This document shows, one piece after another, positions 35,531 through 49,170 of a stretch of DNA of 64,000 nt. Every line of letters starts with the position of its first letter. The stretch's first letter is position 1. Position numbers and translations under genes: made by a program. Origin of the DNA: Spirogloea muscicola (taxonomy: Eukaryota); NCBI GenBank assembly GCA_009602725.1, contig WELB01000030.1:280835-344834 (forward strand). Direction: 5' to 3'. The notes beneath the pieces are model-generated. The model ran no database searches. It had not been told where the DNA came from and saw nothing but the letters and a program-made list of their open reading frames with translations.

Positions 35531-37573
35531 CTGTGGCTGGTACATCATCTGCATTGGCATTCCTGGTTGCCCAGCCATCACCTGATGTGACACATGTCCA
35601 TTACACATAATCAAGCGGGAGAATATTGTTGCTTAGACCCTAAGTAGCCAAAAAGCATCGACAAAGATTATACTTACACACCAGAGGATCGAGAAGATGT
35701 GAATCGAGTTGCTGATATCAAGTCATGCAAGCGTCTGGCGTTGTACCTGCGACCCGAGCTGCATGGTTGGAGCACCGGGCTGCTGCGGCAGGTAGTACAC
35801 AGGGGTGTAGGGCACATCATTGGCGCCGCCAACTGGCACTGGCCGCGGACCAACAATCTCCTCCTGTGGTGCCAACAGTCTCATGAGTGCGGGGTCAATA
35901 TGGAGGTGACTGGGAGCATGGCAACCGGCCACTTCATTCTTTGGGCCAAGACCACGTGGCATCTCTAGCAGCTGATCAACCTGCAGCTTCTAGCTGGCCA
36001 GCCCGCATGTCGAATGCTAAACCAAGCTGTGAGGTAGGCCACATTGCAGGTACATGACATCCCAGCTTAATTGCCCTGGAAGCCCTGTCAAACTGATGAC
36101 ATCACAGTTCATCTTGGTCCTTGACAAGAGCTCTGGGCGCCCGGGACGGATGTGGGCAGGCCCACCTTGGGGTCATCCCGCGGAACAATGTCAACAAGGA
36201 AGTCAAAGATATCAGTCCGAGTGATGGCAGCGGCAATGTCGTTCCGCTGCAGCGTGCGGCGCTTGTTCTCCTCTGTGTGTATCCACGACCGAAGTGTGAG
36301 CTCCAGGATGAACATCTCGCACGCCTTAGCAAAGAGCACCGGAGCCTCTGCACTGATCATCTGCAGGAACCGGCACATTTGCCAAACACAACAAGCCCTC
36401 TAATATCAGCAGACTCAGATTGTGCACAATACCAGAGGAGGCCACACTGATCAAGGGCGGCCACCAGAGCTGTACAGTACTTTTTACAATGTACAGATGA
36501 TCAAGGTCAATAGCCAACTTCATTCGCTCTCTGCGACACTTGGCTGCTGCCATGGCTACGAAGTGGACCTCAATTTCGACACGCAGAGCCCGCCAGCATG
36601 CAGAGAATTTGCGCAGGGATTGCGTCATCATGAGGAGATGTGCAACAGGAACATACGCGGACGTCCTCATCTGACTTCATGATCTTCTTGATTCGGGCCA
36701 GCGGAAGCTGTTGACTCTTGAAATCTGCAGCTGCAGACTCAAGACAGCACACAAGTGAAGATGTCAAAGCACGTCACAAAGTACTGTGTGTACTGTAGTC
36801 ACCCTGCATTGGCAGGTCGTGGCTCTGCTGCAGGTGAGACAAGCTGGACCTTAAGAAGGTGTGGGCACTCTAGGTAATGCGGCAGCCTTTGCAAGAGCAA
36901 CCAGAGCCTCTGTCGTCGCTCGGGTGCAGCTAGGGTGCTATGACTGTGAGCTTGTGCAAGGAAGTGCATCTCTGCCTCCTCTGATCAAGCCCTAGACCGG
37001 GGCCTAGGCAAGGCCAGCGCAGCAAAGGCGGGCGGGCTGAGGTTGGTCACCCGGAGGGCGTGGGCGTGGAGCGCCATACCTGTGCTTTGCTCCACCTCCT
37101 GCATCTGCTGCTGCCAGAAGAGCTGCATCTGCTGCCGCTGCTGCTGCTGGAGGTGCTGGTACTGCAGCTGCTGCGCCTGCATCTGCATCTGCGGCGCCGG
37201 GTACTCGCCCTGCGCAGCAGAGACACAAGCCGTGGCGGCAGCAGGGCCATCATTGCCTGGAGCTCCGCGGCTGTGACTCAACCAGTATGATGACGCTCCA
37301 AAGGCGAAGGGCTCGGCAAGGCCCATTGGCAACGGCAGCCTGAGAGTGTCCCACTTGATGGGGCCATGGATGACACTAAGCACCGGAGCCTGCCAGGGGC
37401 TGGCCGCACACCTGGCCGTCGGGGTAGACGCCCTGGCCCGCCTGCGCGCCCTGCTGCGCATACGGCGCCTGCTGCATGCCACTGCCGTAGGGCGACTGCC
37501 CCTGCATCATCATGCCCTGCCCCGGCGCGGACTGCGCCTGCTGCGCCGCCGCCTGCTGCGCCTGATGGTCCAT
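35531..37573 (-). CDS. NF-YC: Nuclear transcription factor Y subunit C (histone fold); last exon not resolved
   Basis: MDHQAQQ..., [100 protein letters not shown], followed by a Q/P/M-rich tail. Confidence 0.95.
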
Positions 37574-37994
37574 GGCGGCGGCGGCGGCCCGCGCCGCTCC
37601 GTGCCGGCAACGGCGGCGGGCCTCAGCGCCGCCTTCCGCGCTGCCCTGCGGNGCGGGGGCCAAAGCCAGCGTGGGGGATGAGCCCGGGGATGGCCTTCGG
37701 GTCCTTTGAAAGTAACGGCAGGGCAAACAGGCTTGAGCGGGCGCTCGACGGCCCTCGGTTGAGGTGCATCGGACGGCCTCCCGCGGCCGCGGTTGCCGGC
37801 GCCCGTCGCCGCTTTACGCATGGGTAAGTTGTAGATAAGACCCCGGCTGGGCCCCCCCCCCCCGGCCAGCCGAGATGCAGCCATTTTAGCGGGAACTGCG
37901 TTTGTAACTGAAACTTAACCTGCATGTAACTAATCTCACTGGCGCTCCTCGCTGCCGTCGCCACGGCGGCGGCGGCGGCGGCGGCGGCGGTCAG

Positions 37995-40900
37995 ATGGAG
38001 GACGCCAAGGTGGCCTGCCTGCCGCTCACGCGGCCGCCGCAGCAGAGCCTCGTCATCGGCTCCCTCCCCGTCCCCGTCGACCCCGCGCTGCTCTCGCAGC
38101 AGTCGCCCGCCTGCGGCGCCTCCGCCGCTGCCGTCCTGCTGGACAGGTGCCTGTTCAAACTAGTCCTGCGTGCGCCGCTCTCTCCTTTTGAGCCTGCGCT
38201 ACACGATCCTGTTCAGAACGCGAATTGTGACCTGATCTCGAGCCGACTAAGTTAACATGTGTCTACCATTTCAAGTAGTTCTCCATGCTCTCCGATATGC
38301 CGAAATCACTCAGCACGGGCCACCCGAATTGTCCCGCCAACAGGCCATTTGGTGCAAGGCTCCTGCGAGCTGAAGTGTGATCTATATTTGATATGTGATT
38401 ACAGTCAGACACGAGCTTGAGCTGAGACGGTCTGTATAACTTCCTCCATACAGGCCCTGCGTATCAAATGACGGCCTCTTATCGGATGGAGCGGACTTGA
38501 AAGAACCACCACAAGCCTACCCACTCTTTGAGGAGCGATGTTCCGCAGCTTTCGATAAGGCTGCAGGAGGTCAGTGGTGCTCGGCACAACGTAATCAACA
38601 CTGTAAAGGATATTCACCTAACTTGGTGAAAGTGAACCCTCCTGCAGCTCTACGGAAACGTGTTGCCCACTGGTTTGCTCGCACCGCGGACCGCAAGTAT
38701 GTAGCTATGAAGAGCCTGAGGAATGCAAGGCTTACATGTGTCATGATTTGGGGTTCAGGTCCTTCACTTGGCACTTGGGGCGGCGGCTACTTTCAGAAGG
38801 CACTTGCTCGCAAGGGGGAGGCACTTGCTGTCACGGGCTTGGCCGCATATGGGAGCGACATGGACGTAATTGCTCCCGCAGACCTCCTGAAGCAAATCTT
38901 TAAGGTGCCATACTGCAAGGCCAGGCTCTCCGTGGGCGTCCACCGTGTGGGGCGGACTTTGGTCCTCAACAGTGGGTCTGTTTTCAAGCTCTTCCGTGAA
39001 CCTGCCTGAAGATGCACTCGTCACAGCATAGTGGCTTATATCCTGGTGGGGACTCAGAGATGCATTCTCCATGACATGCTCTGTCTCAGTGGTGACACTG
39101 TTTTACCTGCTCTGGTGAAATGGTTGTGATTAGTGTGACTACTCTTATACCTGAAATGCAGGAAATCTAAGAGAAAGTGTCGTTGCCTGCAGGCCAGAAG
39201 CCTGTCAGAGTAATTTGAGAGAAAAGCCACGTCATGTCAAGGCCATGGAGAAGGTGTTTTTCTCTTGGTTTGCCATGCAGTCTAGGCTGAGTTTGGAAGA
39301 TGAAACAGCTGGCGCCACTGCGACATCAGACTTTGCGACCAAGAAACTGGGCCATAAGGGTGCACCTTGTGAGAGCACAGCTCAGGATACTATAGACAAG
39401 GTTGAGGTGCATCACGTGGCAGGCGCATCAGCTGACCAAGGCAATAGGAACCAGCAGATGCACAGCTTTACAAGCATGCTGTCTGACCTCCACAGTGTGC
39501 GAGCAAAGCAGGGAGGAGGAAGGCCACGCAGCAGTGCTTCTGCTTCAACCTGCTGCCAAGTCCCTGCAAATAATCAGGGTGAAGGTCACAAAAAGAACAA
39601 GGACAGCAGTGAAAGCCAAGGAAGGCCCGAGCTCGAAGGCTTCTTGCGCATAATCTTCTGGCAGTTCCGTCACCTTAGGATGCTGGTCGGAAGTGACGTC
39701 CTGCTATTCAGTAGCAGGGATCACTCGGCCATCAGCCTCCATCTGATGGAAATTGGAGCAAAGGTGAGATGATGTGTCTCTTTGCCTTCTTGCTCATGCT
39801 CCGCAGGTGTTAAAATTGTCTATCTTTTGAGTATCCTGTAAGCCGTCATCATGACGCATGTCATTGTTCTGCAAATATACGGCTCCACAGACCTCGTCAT
39901 TAAGGTGGTCATCTGACAGGTATTCGTGGGCGACAGGTCACTCCCCTTATGTGGCTGGATGCATGGCTGGATAACATAATGGCGTGCGTACCGGAGCTGG
40001 CAATCTGCTACCATGAAGATGGTGTTGTTCAGACCTTTGAACTCCTCAAGACGGACGAAATATACCTGTTAAAGGGCCTTGCTGAAGATGGCACAACCTT
40101 TTTCCATCCCCACATCGTACAGGAGAATGCTCTCTCGGTCTTCACATTCTTGCAAACCAACTGCACAAGTGACCCTGGCAGCTATTGGGTAAGGGCCAAT
40201 GAAGCTTTGCTGCCAAGGGTATGACTTACAGGAATTAGGACACATGCTCTGTATCTGTTAAGAGGGATTTGTGAGTCTGCTTGATAGGAGCAAGTATACA
40301 TCAGCGGCTTTGAAACAACAGGATTGTGGCGAGGTCAGTGCCAATATAGTTGAGGCACATATGCATAGCCTCATAGGCAGTTCAGTCACATTCTCAGTAT
40401 TGCTACATTCAGTGGTCTGAGCTGCGCAAGGTACTCACTAGTATACCGTTTCTTGTGGATGTGACGACAGCTCTTCAAAAAGGCTGGTGATGATGTCATA
40501 AAATTGTTCGATTTGTCTGTCCTGGCCAAGGCTGCCACTTCGAGTCCTGCAGCCAGCAGGTGGCCATTGCCGAGCAGCACAAACGGCAGAGGCGACCTAT
40601 CATTACCTCTTGCTATGTTACTGTATCGTCTTGCACTACTCCTCTCCAGCTCCCAGGTACCTAGGACTTCTTAGGATTCGTGGGTTGATGAAACATCGTA
40701 GTATCTCTTTGTGGCAGTTGATGTATGCGTTCTAGGTGGTGAAGATGGTGTACTGGACTATATAAGTTGATCATGATTCACAAGAGGGGATTCTCTCAGC
40801 TCTCAAACGTCATAGACCTTTGTCTTCTTAATTCGGCTTCTTCCTTTCCTGCCAGAATCAAGCAGAGCGGAAGAAGTGCGGGTCGTGGTTTGTGAAGAGT

Positions 40901-43900
40901 CTGCTGCTTATTGGCGAGCACGACCATCCGGTAGGAGCACAAAAACTGCCTCCTTTACTCATCGCCCAAGATTGTATCGCTCAGTCGTATTCGTGGATGA
41001 TACCAACATTGACGTGATGCGTTATATGGATACAGATGCTATACTAGCACTTACTCTCATTTCATTAATAGCTTACTGGTAAAGTCAACACTTGAACACA
41101 AGCTCTCATACTCACACTGCAATCTGCTGCACTGACAGGGCGTACGGGCTTTTGCTCATGAGCAAGTTGCACGACTGCTGCTAATATGGCGCAGTCACTG
41201 CATCGGTTGGATTGATGAAGCCACTTTTCTGGAGTCAGCTAAAGCCATGGCACTATCACAACCTTCCAATGCAGAGACATTGCAGGAGCTATCCACGCTC
41301 TCATCCAGGGCAAGTGACCAAAATGAGCCTGACAGTCAAGCTTTGAGGGGGGGAAGGGCACATCATAGCGAACCAGCAGATCGGCAGCTGTCTGGCCCTC
41401 TTCAAGAAGCGGATTTGCCTCACCAGCTTTCATGTATTTCTAAGTCGACTTCATCGAACCAGCCCTCGAGTGCTGCTCAGGATGATAGTGTCAGCAGGGA
41501 AGAAATATTATCAGTCGACGTGGACGGGGACAGGCATCACTCAAGAGACGAACTGACATGTGAGAAGGACAAAGTCCAGCCATGCACAAGCGAAGCTCTG
41601 CCTACTGCCAGGGATGACTCATGTGAGCAAGTCGCTGCTCGCCTCTCCGCTGTGCACCACATTTCACAGGCTATCAAGGCCTTGCAATGGCAGCGTCACC
41701 TTCTTGTGGACAACCAGCACAATATCGAGAAGGCTCAATGCCGCACAGCTAAGCGCCACGAGCTGCCAGTATGCGTGTGTGGTGAGCCTGCCTGCTTGCC
41801 ATTCAGCTCAGATCCGCTCAATTGCCTCCTTGCTGGTGACAAGAAGCTCGGGGAGCTCATCATGCTTCTGGGCGAGTCGTACTTTGCGCTTGCCGAGGCC
41901 TACAAGGACTTCAGCGAGCTACTGAAGGCACTCAGAGCTGCCGAGCTGGCTGGGCTTGTCTGTGACTCCCTGCAAGAGAAGCTCTCTGAAAAGAGGGCAG
42001 CCGAGCTGAAGTTTGAGAGCTCAGCTGATCGTGGCTCCTCAGTGCTCGGCCATCAAGTAGCGGTGAGTAATGTCAAGCAGGGCCCCTTCTGGCACAAGCT
42101 GTGGGCTCTTGTTGGGGACCTGTATGTTGAGATGACGAGGGACGCGGCCGAGGCACCCACGCAGCAAGAGGACGTGGCTGAGCTGAGCATCCCCAACCAC
42201 GTGGTAAGGGAGGTGAAGCGGCTGAGGAAGAAAGCTGGTCAGGTCAGTACTTTGACTTGCAGCTTGCCACCTTCTTGTCAAGCGTGAGATGATGCGACAG
42301 CATGCTCATGTACAAGGCAGCGACGTCTTGTATGTAGCAAGATATGCTACTGCCGCATAGAGCATGCACTTACTGCATCCCTTTGGCTGGCAGGAAAGGA
42401 GCACGTGCAGCAGCTGCAGAGAGGTGTCCTGCAGCTGCCTCAGTGACAGAGCCAGCAGTGGCAACAGCGCCAGCAGCAGTACGGAGAGCTCCACGGCTGG
42501 TGGTGGCACTGCGCGTGCCAGGCGTGGCCAGAAGCGAGTGGATAAGGAGATCAAGCAGAAAAGCAATGGCCGCAGACGATCAACTGCCGACGACTTGCCA
42601 GATGTTCAAGAGACACAAGCAAGTGACCCGCCAAGCTCAGAAGCTCAGGGGCTTTCTGCCAGCACCATTACAGCTGTAAGAGAGGAAGCTTGTGAACCTG
42701 CTGCTGGAGCATTGACAGATGTTCAGAAGCGTCCAGGGGATTGCTTGCTTGAAGTTGGAGTAGGCCTCTTCTCTAGTGACATAACAGATGCCTGCAGCAG
42801 TCTTGCTGCTGACAGTGAAGGGACGTCATGCTGTGGACCTCAAGAGCGAGCAGAAAGAGTTCCCGCGAGCACGTCAAGTGCCACGGCAGGACAGCAGCAA
42901 GCAGTGAGTTGCTTCGGGCGCCCTGTGACTGCAAGTTGGAAGATCAACTTTGCAGCGGCGGCAAGCTGCTACGCAGCATCGGCGGCGGCTCTTGGTGAAG
43001 AAGCTGAGGCCAAAGAGGAGCGCGAGGCAGCACTCCGAAAGGAGGGCTGGGCAAGTAATGAGCTGGGGCGGCGATACCTGGCATGCAATCAGAGCGAGTT
43101 GGCTGAGGCAGCATTTGAGGCGGCTGCTCTGACTTTCAAGAAGGTCGGTGATGGAGCCAATGTGGCACTGATCTTCTGCAACATGGGGCACGGGAGGAGA
43201 GCAGCTGCAGAGGCTCTGGTTGCTGCTGCCGCTGCTGCAAGCAGGGCGTCTGATACTTTGAGCGCAGCTCAAGAAGCAAGCTTGAGAAGTGCAGCTTCTT
43301 CCAATGAGGCCCGGCAGTTGTACATAGAAGCTTTGACCTTCTACTCTGCGGCGCAGGCGGAGGTACATGCGAAGAAGGAGGGGCAGCAGGCTGGCTCCAC
43401 TGGTGTCTGGAGAGAGGCTCACATGCAGTATGCGCACACGTATCTCTGCCTGGGAATGTTACTTGCACGGCAGGAGCTGGATCCTGGACCAGATACTCAG
43501 AATGGAGTGCTCAGGGCGGCAGATTTGACAGCATCTGGTAGACAGGGTTCACGTGTCAGGTGGAAGAGCATGCAAGGTCAGGTGCCGGAGAGGGTATCAA
43601 CGGCAGATGAAGCTTTTGCCAGTGCAATATCGCATTATAAAGTGGTTGGGGCCACTTGCGACCAGGAGGTTGCATACGCGCAGTACCTCCTGGCCTGCTA
43701 TCACAGGGACAAGGCTGTCTCAGCGCTTGTGCATGCCAGGATGGCGCCCAGGCAGCAACCAGTGTCTAGCAGGCCCAGGACTAGCATGTCTGACTTGGAT
43801 CGGGTGCACAAGTCTGCAGCACTAGCTGATACTTCCTGGGAGGAGGCGCTGAAGTACTACAAGCCCGAGAAGTATCCAGACTTCTTTGTTGACATTGCAA

Positions 43901-44406
43901 TTGAGCGAGCAGACTTACTTCTGAAGGCCTACTTCGAGCCAGACCAGCAGAAGGTAGCTAATCAGCCTTGCTTCCATATAGTACTCTGTTGCGCTGCCTT
44001 ATTGACACTCGAGGTGTACTATCTGCAGGAAGTGACCACTTACTTTGCTACTGATTTTGTCCTGCTCGTGTTGTCTTTCCAGGCACATGGGGCAGCCTTT
44101 CGTCAGCTGCTGAACACGAGGAGGGCTTTGACGGTCAAACTTGCACCAGATGGCTCATCTAAGGGCTTTGAAGGAGGTCTTTCAGTCGATGTCCTCAAGC
44201 AATTATTGAGGAGACTGCAGAGCCTGCTGAAGGACATGCTGGGTGCCGCTTTGAAAACCTCCGAAGCACGCGGACCGGCGCAAAGTCAAGCTTCGCCAAA
44301 GGAGCAGGCGAAAGATCTCAAGCGGCTGAGGGATATGTACAGGCAGGCATTGTCGGCAACCGAGCAGCATGAGCTAGCCAGCCTTCTTGAGGCCTGGACA
44401 TTCTAG
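37995..44406 (+). CDS. EDRF1: Erythroid differentiation-related factor 1-like protein, multi-exon
   Basis: DMDVIAPADLLKQIFKVPYCKARLSVGVHRVGRTLVLNSG, FLRIIFWQFRHLRMLVGSDVLLFS, WLDAWLDNIMACVPELAICYHEDGVVQTFELLKTDEI, FHPHIVQENALSVFTFLQTNCTSDPGSYW|LFK, then a TPR-like C-terminal helical region (GWASNELGR, NVALIFCNMGHGRRAAAE). Confidence 0.88.
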
Positions 44407-44699
44407 GCCTCTGCAGGCATGTACATAAGATTCTTGTCATGCACGGAAGTTTGCATGCCATTCTAGTTTGTTGCATTGCCATTCGAGTTTGTACACATTG
44501 CATTTCTCAGTTTTGTAACAAGGAGAGAGGTGCTGAGGATCAAATTTATACTTACATTTTGACAGCCTAGAATTACAGACACCCGTGAACATTTAGCACT
44601 TATCAGCAAGCTCGACTTCTTCTTCTTTGCACTTGAAGCTGCAGCTCAGAGGAGTGAATGTGTGCTGTAAGCATTCTATCTGAGCATTCCATCTGAGCA

Positions 44700-47600
44700 T
44701 TCCAGCTCCTCCACCGGCTCACGCGCAGCGCTGTGTCCCGCCGTTACCACAGGAGCAGGCTGACTTCAACGCAGCAGGCTTTCTCGCTCAGGTGTATCGC
44801 ATGCGCCTGTCTGTCTTGCTGCAGCGGTCAACAGCACGCACATTGCATGTGCGTGCCGGTGGCGCATTGGCTGCAGACTCTGGTTCTGGCCAGGGGACCT
44901 GCTACCCGGAGACTAGTTTCTCCGACCTGCGGCTGTTCAACAGAGGTTACTGAGTGCCTCGTGGCCACTTGATTCACTGTGTGCTTTAGCGCTTTCTCTG
45001 GCCCCTTCGAACTTTGTTCACTCTTTTGTCTGGGCTGGCCTCCCACAGCCCTCTACTGGATGTGTCTCTTCTTCTGATATTATTAAGGCAATATTGCCCA
45101 CAAGCGAGGGAGTACCCCACAGATTACAAGTCCGACAAGCAATCATACTGCTTGCCGCTACGGTCATGTGCTGTGCTTGTCTCGCTACCCTTGCATTGGT
45201 TTTCTGGTCTGGCCAATCACAGCCGACGGCCCCTTCTGGAAGATTTTATCTTCTTCTGCTCATTTCTTTTGGGCTGGCCGATCACAGCCATTGCCTTGAT
45301 CTCAATGAGCTGTTTCCATTGGGCTGCTTCTCTCTCTTTCTTTCTCTCCATCACTCTTTGACTCTCCACCACTTATAATACACGTCATTCTTCCGTGGGC
45401 TGGCGGTTTACAGCTCTCTATGGGCGAGCCGTTTGATCCTACACCCATTCTGACAGAGCATATGGGCGAGCACTTCTTCTTTAGGCCCCTCCGTCATCTG
45501 CCCCCTTCAAACCTTTGTCAATTCTTTTCGGGCTGGCTTTTCACAGCCCTTGCCCCCACTGGGAGAGCCACTCCTTGTTTGGGTCGACAGTGGCGGCCAG
45601 CCGTACGACGCCTGAGATGCGCCTGGAGCGTGGGCAAGATTCTTCCAATGAAAGAGAGAAAGACGCTTCCATGAGAGGGCGGTGGCTGGAGGAGGCCAGC
45701 CCAGAAGATAGATTCAACAAAGTTCTAAGGGCCAGGAAATGGAATGGTCCCATTGCTGTGATTGGAGACAGACAGAAATGTAAGGGTTGAATGGGGTTAA
45801 ACGAGTCTCTGGGCGAGCACTTTCTTAGCAAAGCCAGCCCAAAATAGGCGCCGGCGCCGCTTCCATGGAGCCGTCGCCGCAGAGAACGCCCGGGCCACCA
45901 GTGTCGTTGACGGGCACGCTCCCAAACGGCGTCATGCGGCGCGTGAACTTGGCGGGCCACTTGCACACCAGCTACGAGTCCCGGTGAGGAAACCGTTGCT
46001 CATTTTACCGTGCAGCCCCGTCCAATGCCTTCCCCGCTTTTCCTCGCTCCACCGGCAGCCCGGGCTTGGCGATCAACAGCATCGTTACAACAAGAGCCAG
46101 CAAAGCAGGCAATGTATCACGCCAACCATGATAAGGAAATCTCCCACAATGCTGCTAGTTCCAGGCAAGTCACATCTGCTGAATGGAAAAGCTCCTCGGA
46201 AGGGCATCACGCCCATGAGGAAGAAAATGAGGCCAGCCCACGAACCTTCACCTACACGACAACAGAGGTGCGCCCTTGTACACGGCAACTCCTGCCCCAT
46301 ACCCGCGTGCACCTTATCCCGAGCGGGTCTGCCTTCTGGTACTTCTCTTCTCGTACTTTGTTCATTCTTTTTTGGGCTGGCTTTTCCAGCCCCTATCCTG
46401 TGATCCATCCTCCCCCTGTGCTGACATGACATCTTCCGGCCCCTCTGTAGCTGCTAAACGCTTGTCGGCACCTCCGAACCCTTGTCAATTCTTTTTGGGC
46501 TGGCTTATCACAGCCCTTGCCCCCATTTGGAGTGCCACTTCTTCTTCTTATCCTCAATGGGCGAGCCCTCCTTCTTTCTTCTGGGCACGTGCGCGAGTCG
46601 CCAACAAGCCGAGAGCTTCGAGCTTGGCCGCGGCGCAGAGGGCCGCGGCAGCCGCGGGGGAAGATGCGAGCGGGGATTTGCGGGGTGGGCCCCGCTTTCT
46701 TTGCGGCGTAGGCCGGTGGCGCCCCGGGGGGCCGCACGAGCCGCACGAGGAGCGCCTCCGGGAATGGCGCCCCACGTTATTGCCTGCTTTCGACCTTGCC
46801 AATCATATGGGGGCTTCACTTTCTCGCTTTAGGCCCCTCTGTAGCTGCTAAACGCTTGTCGGCCCCTCCGAACCCTTGTCAATTCTTTTTGGGCTGGCTT
46901 ATCACAGCCTTTGCCCCCATTTGGAGTGCCACTTCTCTCGTAGTCCAGTAAAAGTGGCTTCCCTCTCTCCATTGTTTTTGGGCTGGCTTTGCCAGCCCCT
47001 CTTCTCTATGGGCGAGCACTTTCTTCTCTCTCGTCCTTGCCCCCACTGGGAGAGCCACTTCTCTCTCTTGCACTAGCTTTTGTCTGAACTGTGTGCTGGC
47101 TTAAATCTGGCTACCCTATACATTCATGCGCACCGCGCGCCCTCTCTCTTCTGGTGGCTGGCCGTCTCTGCAGGCCTCGCCTTCTTCCAACATCAGCCCG
47201 CCAACGGCCCCCAGGGCGCCCACGTGGGCCCCCTTTGTAGGAGTTTTTTCGTCGCCAGCTCCTCTTCTCTGTGGGTGAGCACTTTCTTCGTCGCCTACTG
47301 CACTTCGTCCGCGACCACATCGCCTCTACCATTGGCATTAGCCAGCGCTGGACGAGCACCTCCCTTTTCCATCCTTTGCCCTGGCTCTTTCTGCCCAACG
47401 TACGGCTCGGCTTGGGTTCCTGACATGGAACGTGTGTGTAGCTGCTGTGTGTGTGTGTAGAGTTTCGTAGCTGCTTTGTCTTTTTGTGCTTGTTTTCTTA
47501 GCGCTTCCCCTGGCCCCCTATGGACTTTACCCATTTGGTTGAGCTTATTTTTGTTCATTCGGAAGAGCTGTTTCTTGGATAGCGCTGTACGGCTTCCTCA

Positions 47601-49170
47601 GACCCTGTCAACTCCTTTGGGGCTGGCTTTTCACTGAAGATGAATTGGCAAAGTGGGTGAGGGCTGGAAGAGTTACAGAAGACTCTTCCAGTAGCAGACT
47701 CTTCCAGCCCTCACCCACTTTGGTTGGGTTCACTTTTCGTTCTGGATGGTAACTGCCGTGGCGCACCCGGCGCGCCTTCTCCGCCCGGCTGGCCGCTCTG
47801 GCGAGAGAAGGCGCGTGGGGCGCATGAAATGAAAGGGAGGCCAATGCAAGCCAATACATTGTTCAGGCAGAGTCTAGTGCAAACTAAACAAGGCTACATA
47901 ATATGGAGACCTAAACTAAGGTGCCTAAGGTGAAATTAACACCCATGGGTGAGCACAAACAAATTGACAAGCTGACTTGGGGAGCTGGAGCGCCGCCATG
48001 AAAGCCGGAGGCCTGACTTGGAGCGCGCCCTGCACGTTGATGAAGAGCCAATGCTCGCGTGCGCTGCAAACGAGCGAGAGCCGCATACTATAATATGCAA
48101 CTAAGGCCTGCGATAGTTAGTAGCTGCTTTGTTTTTTCTTGTGTGCTTCTTTCTTAGTGCTTCGCCTTAGTGCTTCGCCTGGCCCCCCTTCTTCTTGGGC
48201 TTCTTGTACTCTGCTCATTCTTTTTTGGGCTGGCTGTTCCAGCCCCTATCCTCAATGGGCGAGCTCTTTCTGCGATATGCTGGAGTGGCCCAAGCTGCCC
48301 CCCCGACTTCGACGACGCGCATCAACCACCCGGGCCAGATGCTGGATCAGGGAGGACCATTTCACGCACGGCGAGTGGCACTCCAAATGGGGGCAAGGGC
48401 TGTGAAAAGCCAGCCCGAAAAGAATTGACAAAGGTTCGTAGGGGCCAAGAGCGCTCTGGCGGCGCAGCCTGGCGCGCCGCCTTTTGGCGGCCGAGCAGGC
48501 CCCGTGGTGGTGGCAGGCCCCACCGCCAAGCTGAGGCTCCGGGTGGCCCGGCGCCGCCCTGGCGCCGGTGGGCCCACGCCGGGCGGCCGACCTGCCGCCC
48601 TCACCCCTCCCAGATGGAAGAAAGGGCTCGCTTTTTGGGCTGGCTTTTCGCAGCCCTTGCCCCCATTGGGAGTGCCACTTCTTCTTCATTGAGGATAGGG
48701 GCTGGACAAGCCAGCCCAAAAAAGAATGAACAAAGAACGAGAAGGGGGCCAGAGGAAGCCAGAGGAAGCGCTAAGAAACCAAAGCACACAAAGAAAGAAA
48801 GCAGCTACAAATTACTCAGTAACCCCTGCTAAGCAGCCGCAAATCAGAGAGGCTAGGCGTCCCAGATGACGCTCCTCCCGTTCTATCCACGTGCCACTTC
48901 TATCCTGCGCTTCTCGCGCCTTCCAGGATCGCGCCTTCGCGCCTTCGCGCACCCAGGATTCTTCTGTCCTTGTCCATTCGTTTTGGGCTGGCCTCCCAGC
49001 CACCAGTCAAGAGGAATGAATCTAGCCCTCTTGGGGCTGGCCTCTCACAGCCAGCCAGTCGCCAGACGTGAAAGCGGCTGTTTCTCCCTTTTGATGTCAG
49101 CAGCCGCAGCCGTCTTTCGGAAGTGAGCGTGAGCGCGCCCAAAGGCGGCGGGGCCTGTGAAAAGCCCGCC
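44700..49170. mobile_element. Large mixed-orientation cluster of RLE retrotransposon 3' ends and fragments
   Basis: DFNAAGFLAQVYRMRLSVLLQRS...SDLRLFNRGY* (~44760-44953) and SDLRLLSRGY*(-) (~48816-48850). More than 15 GGCTG-loop-CAGCC hairpins (e.g. 45032, 45271, 45531, 46374, 46497, 46891, 46980, 48227, 48400(-), 48637, 48700(-), 48985, 49034). Type B ends at 47120 and 47804(-). Confidence 0.8.
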
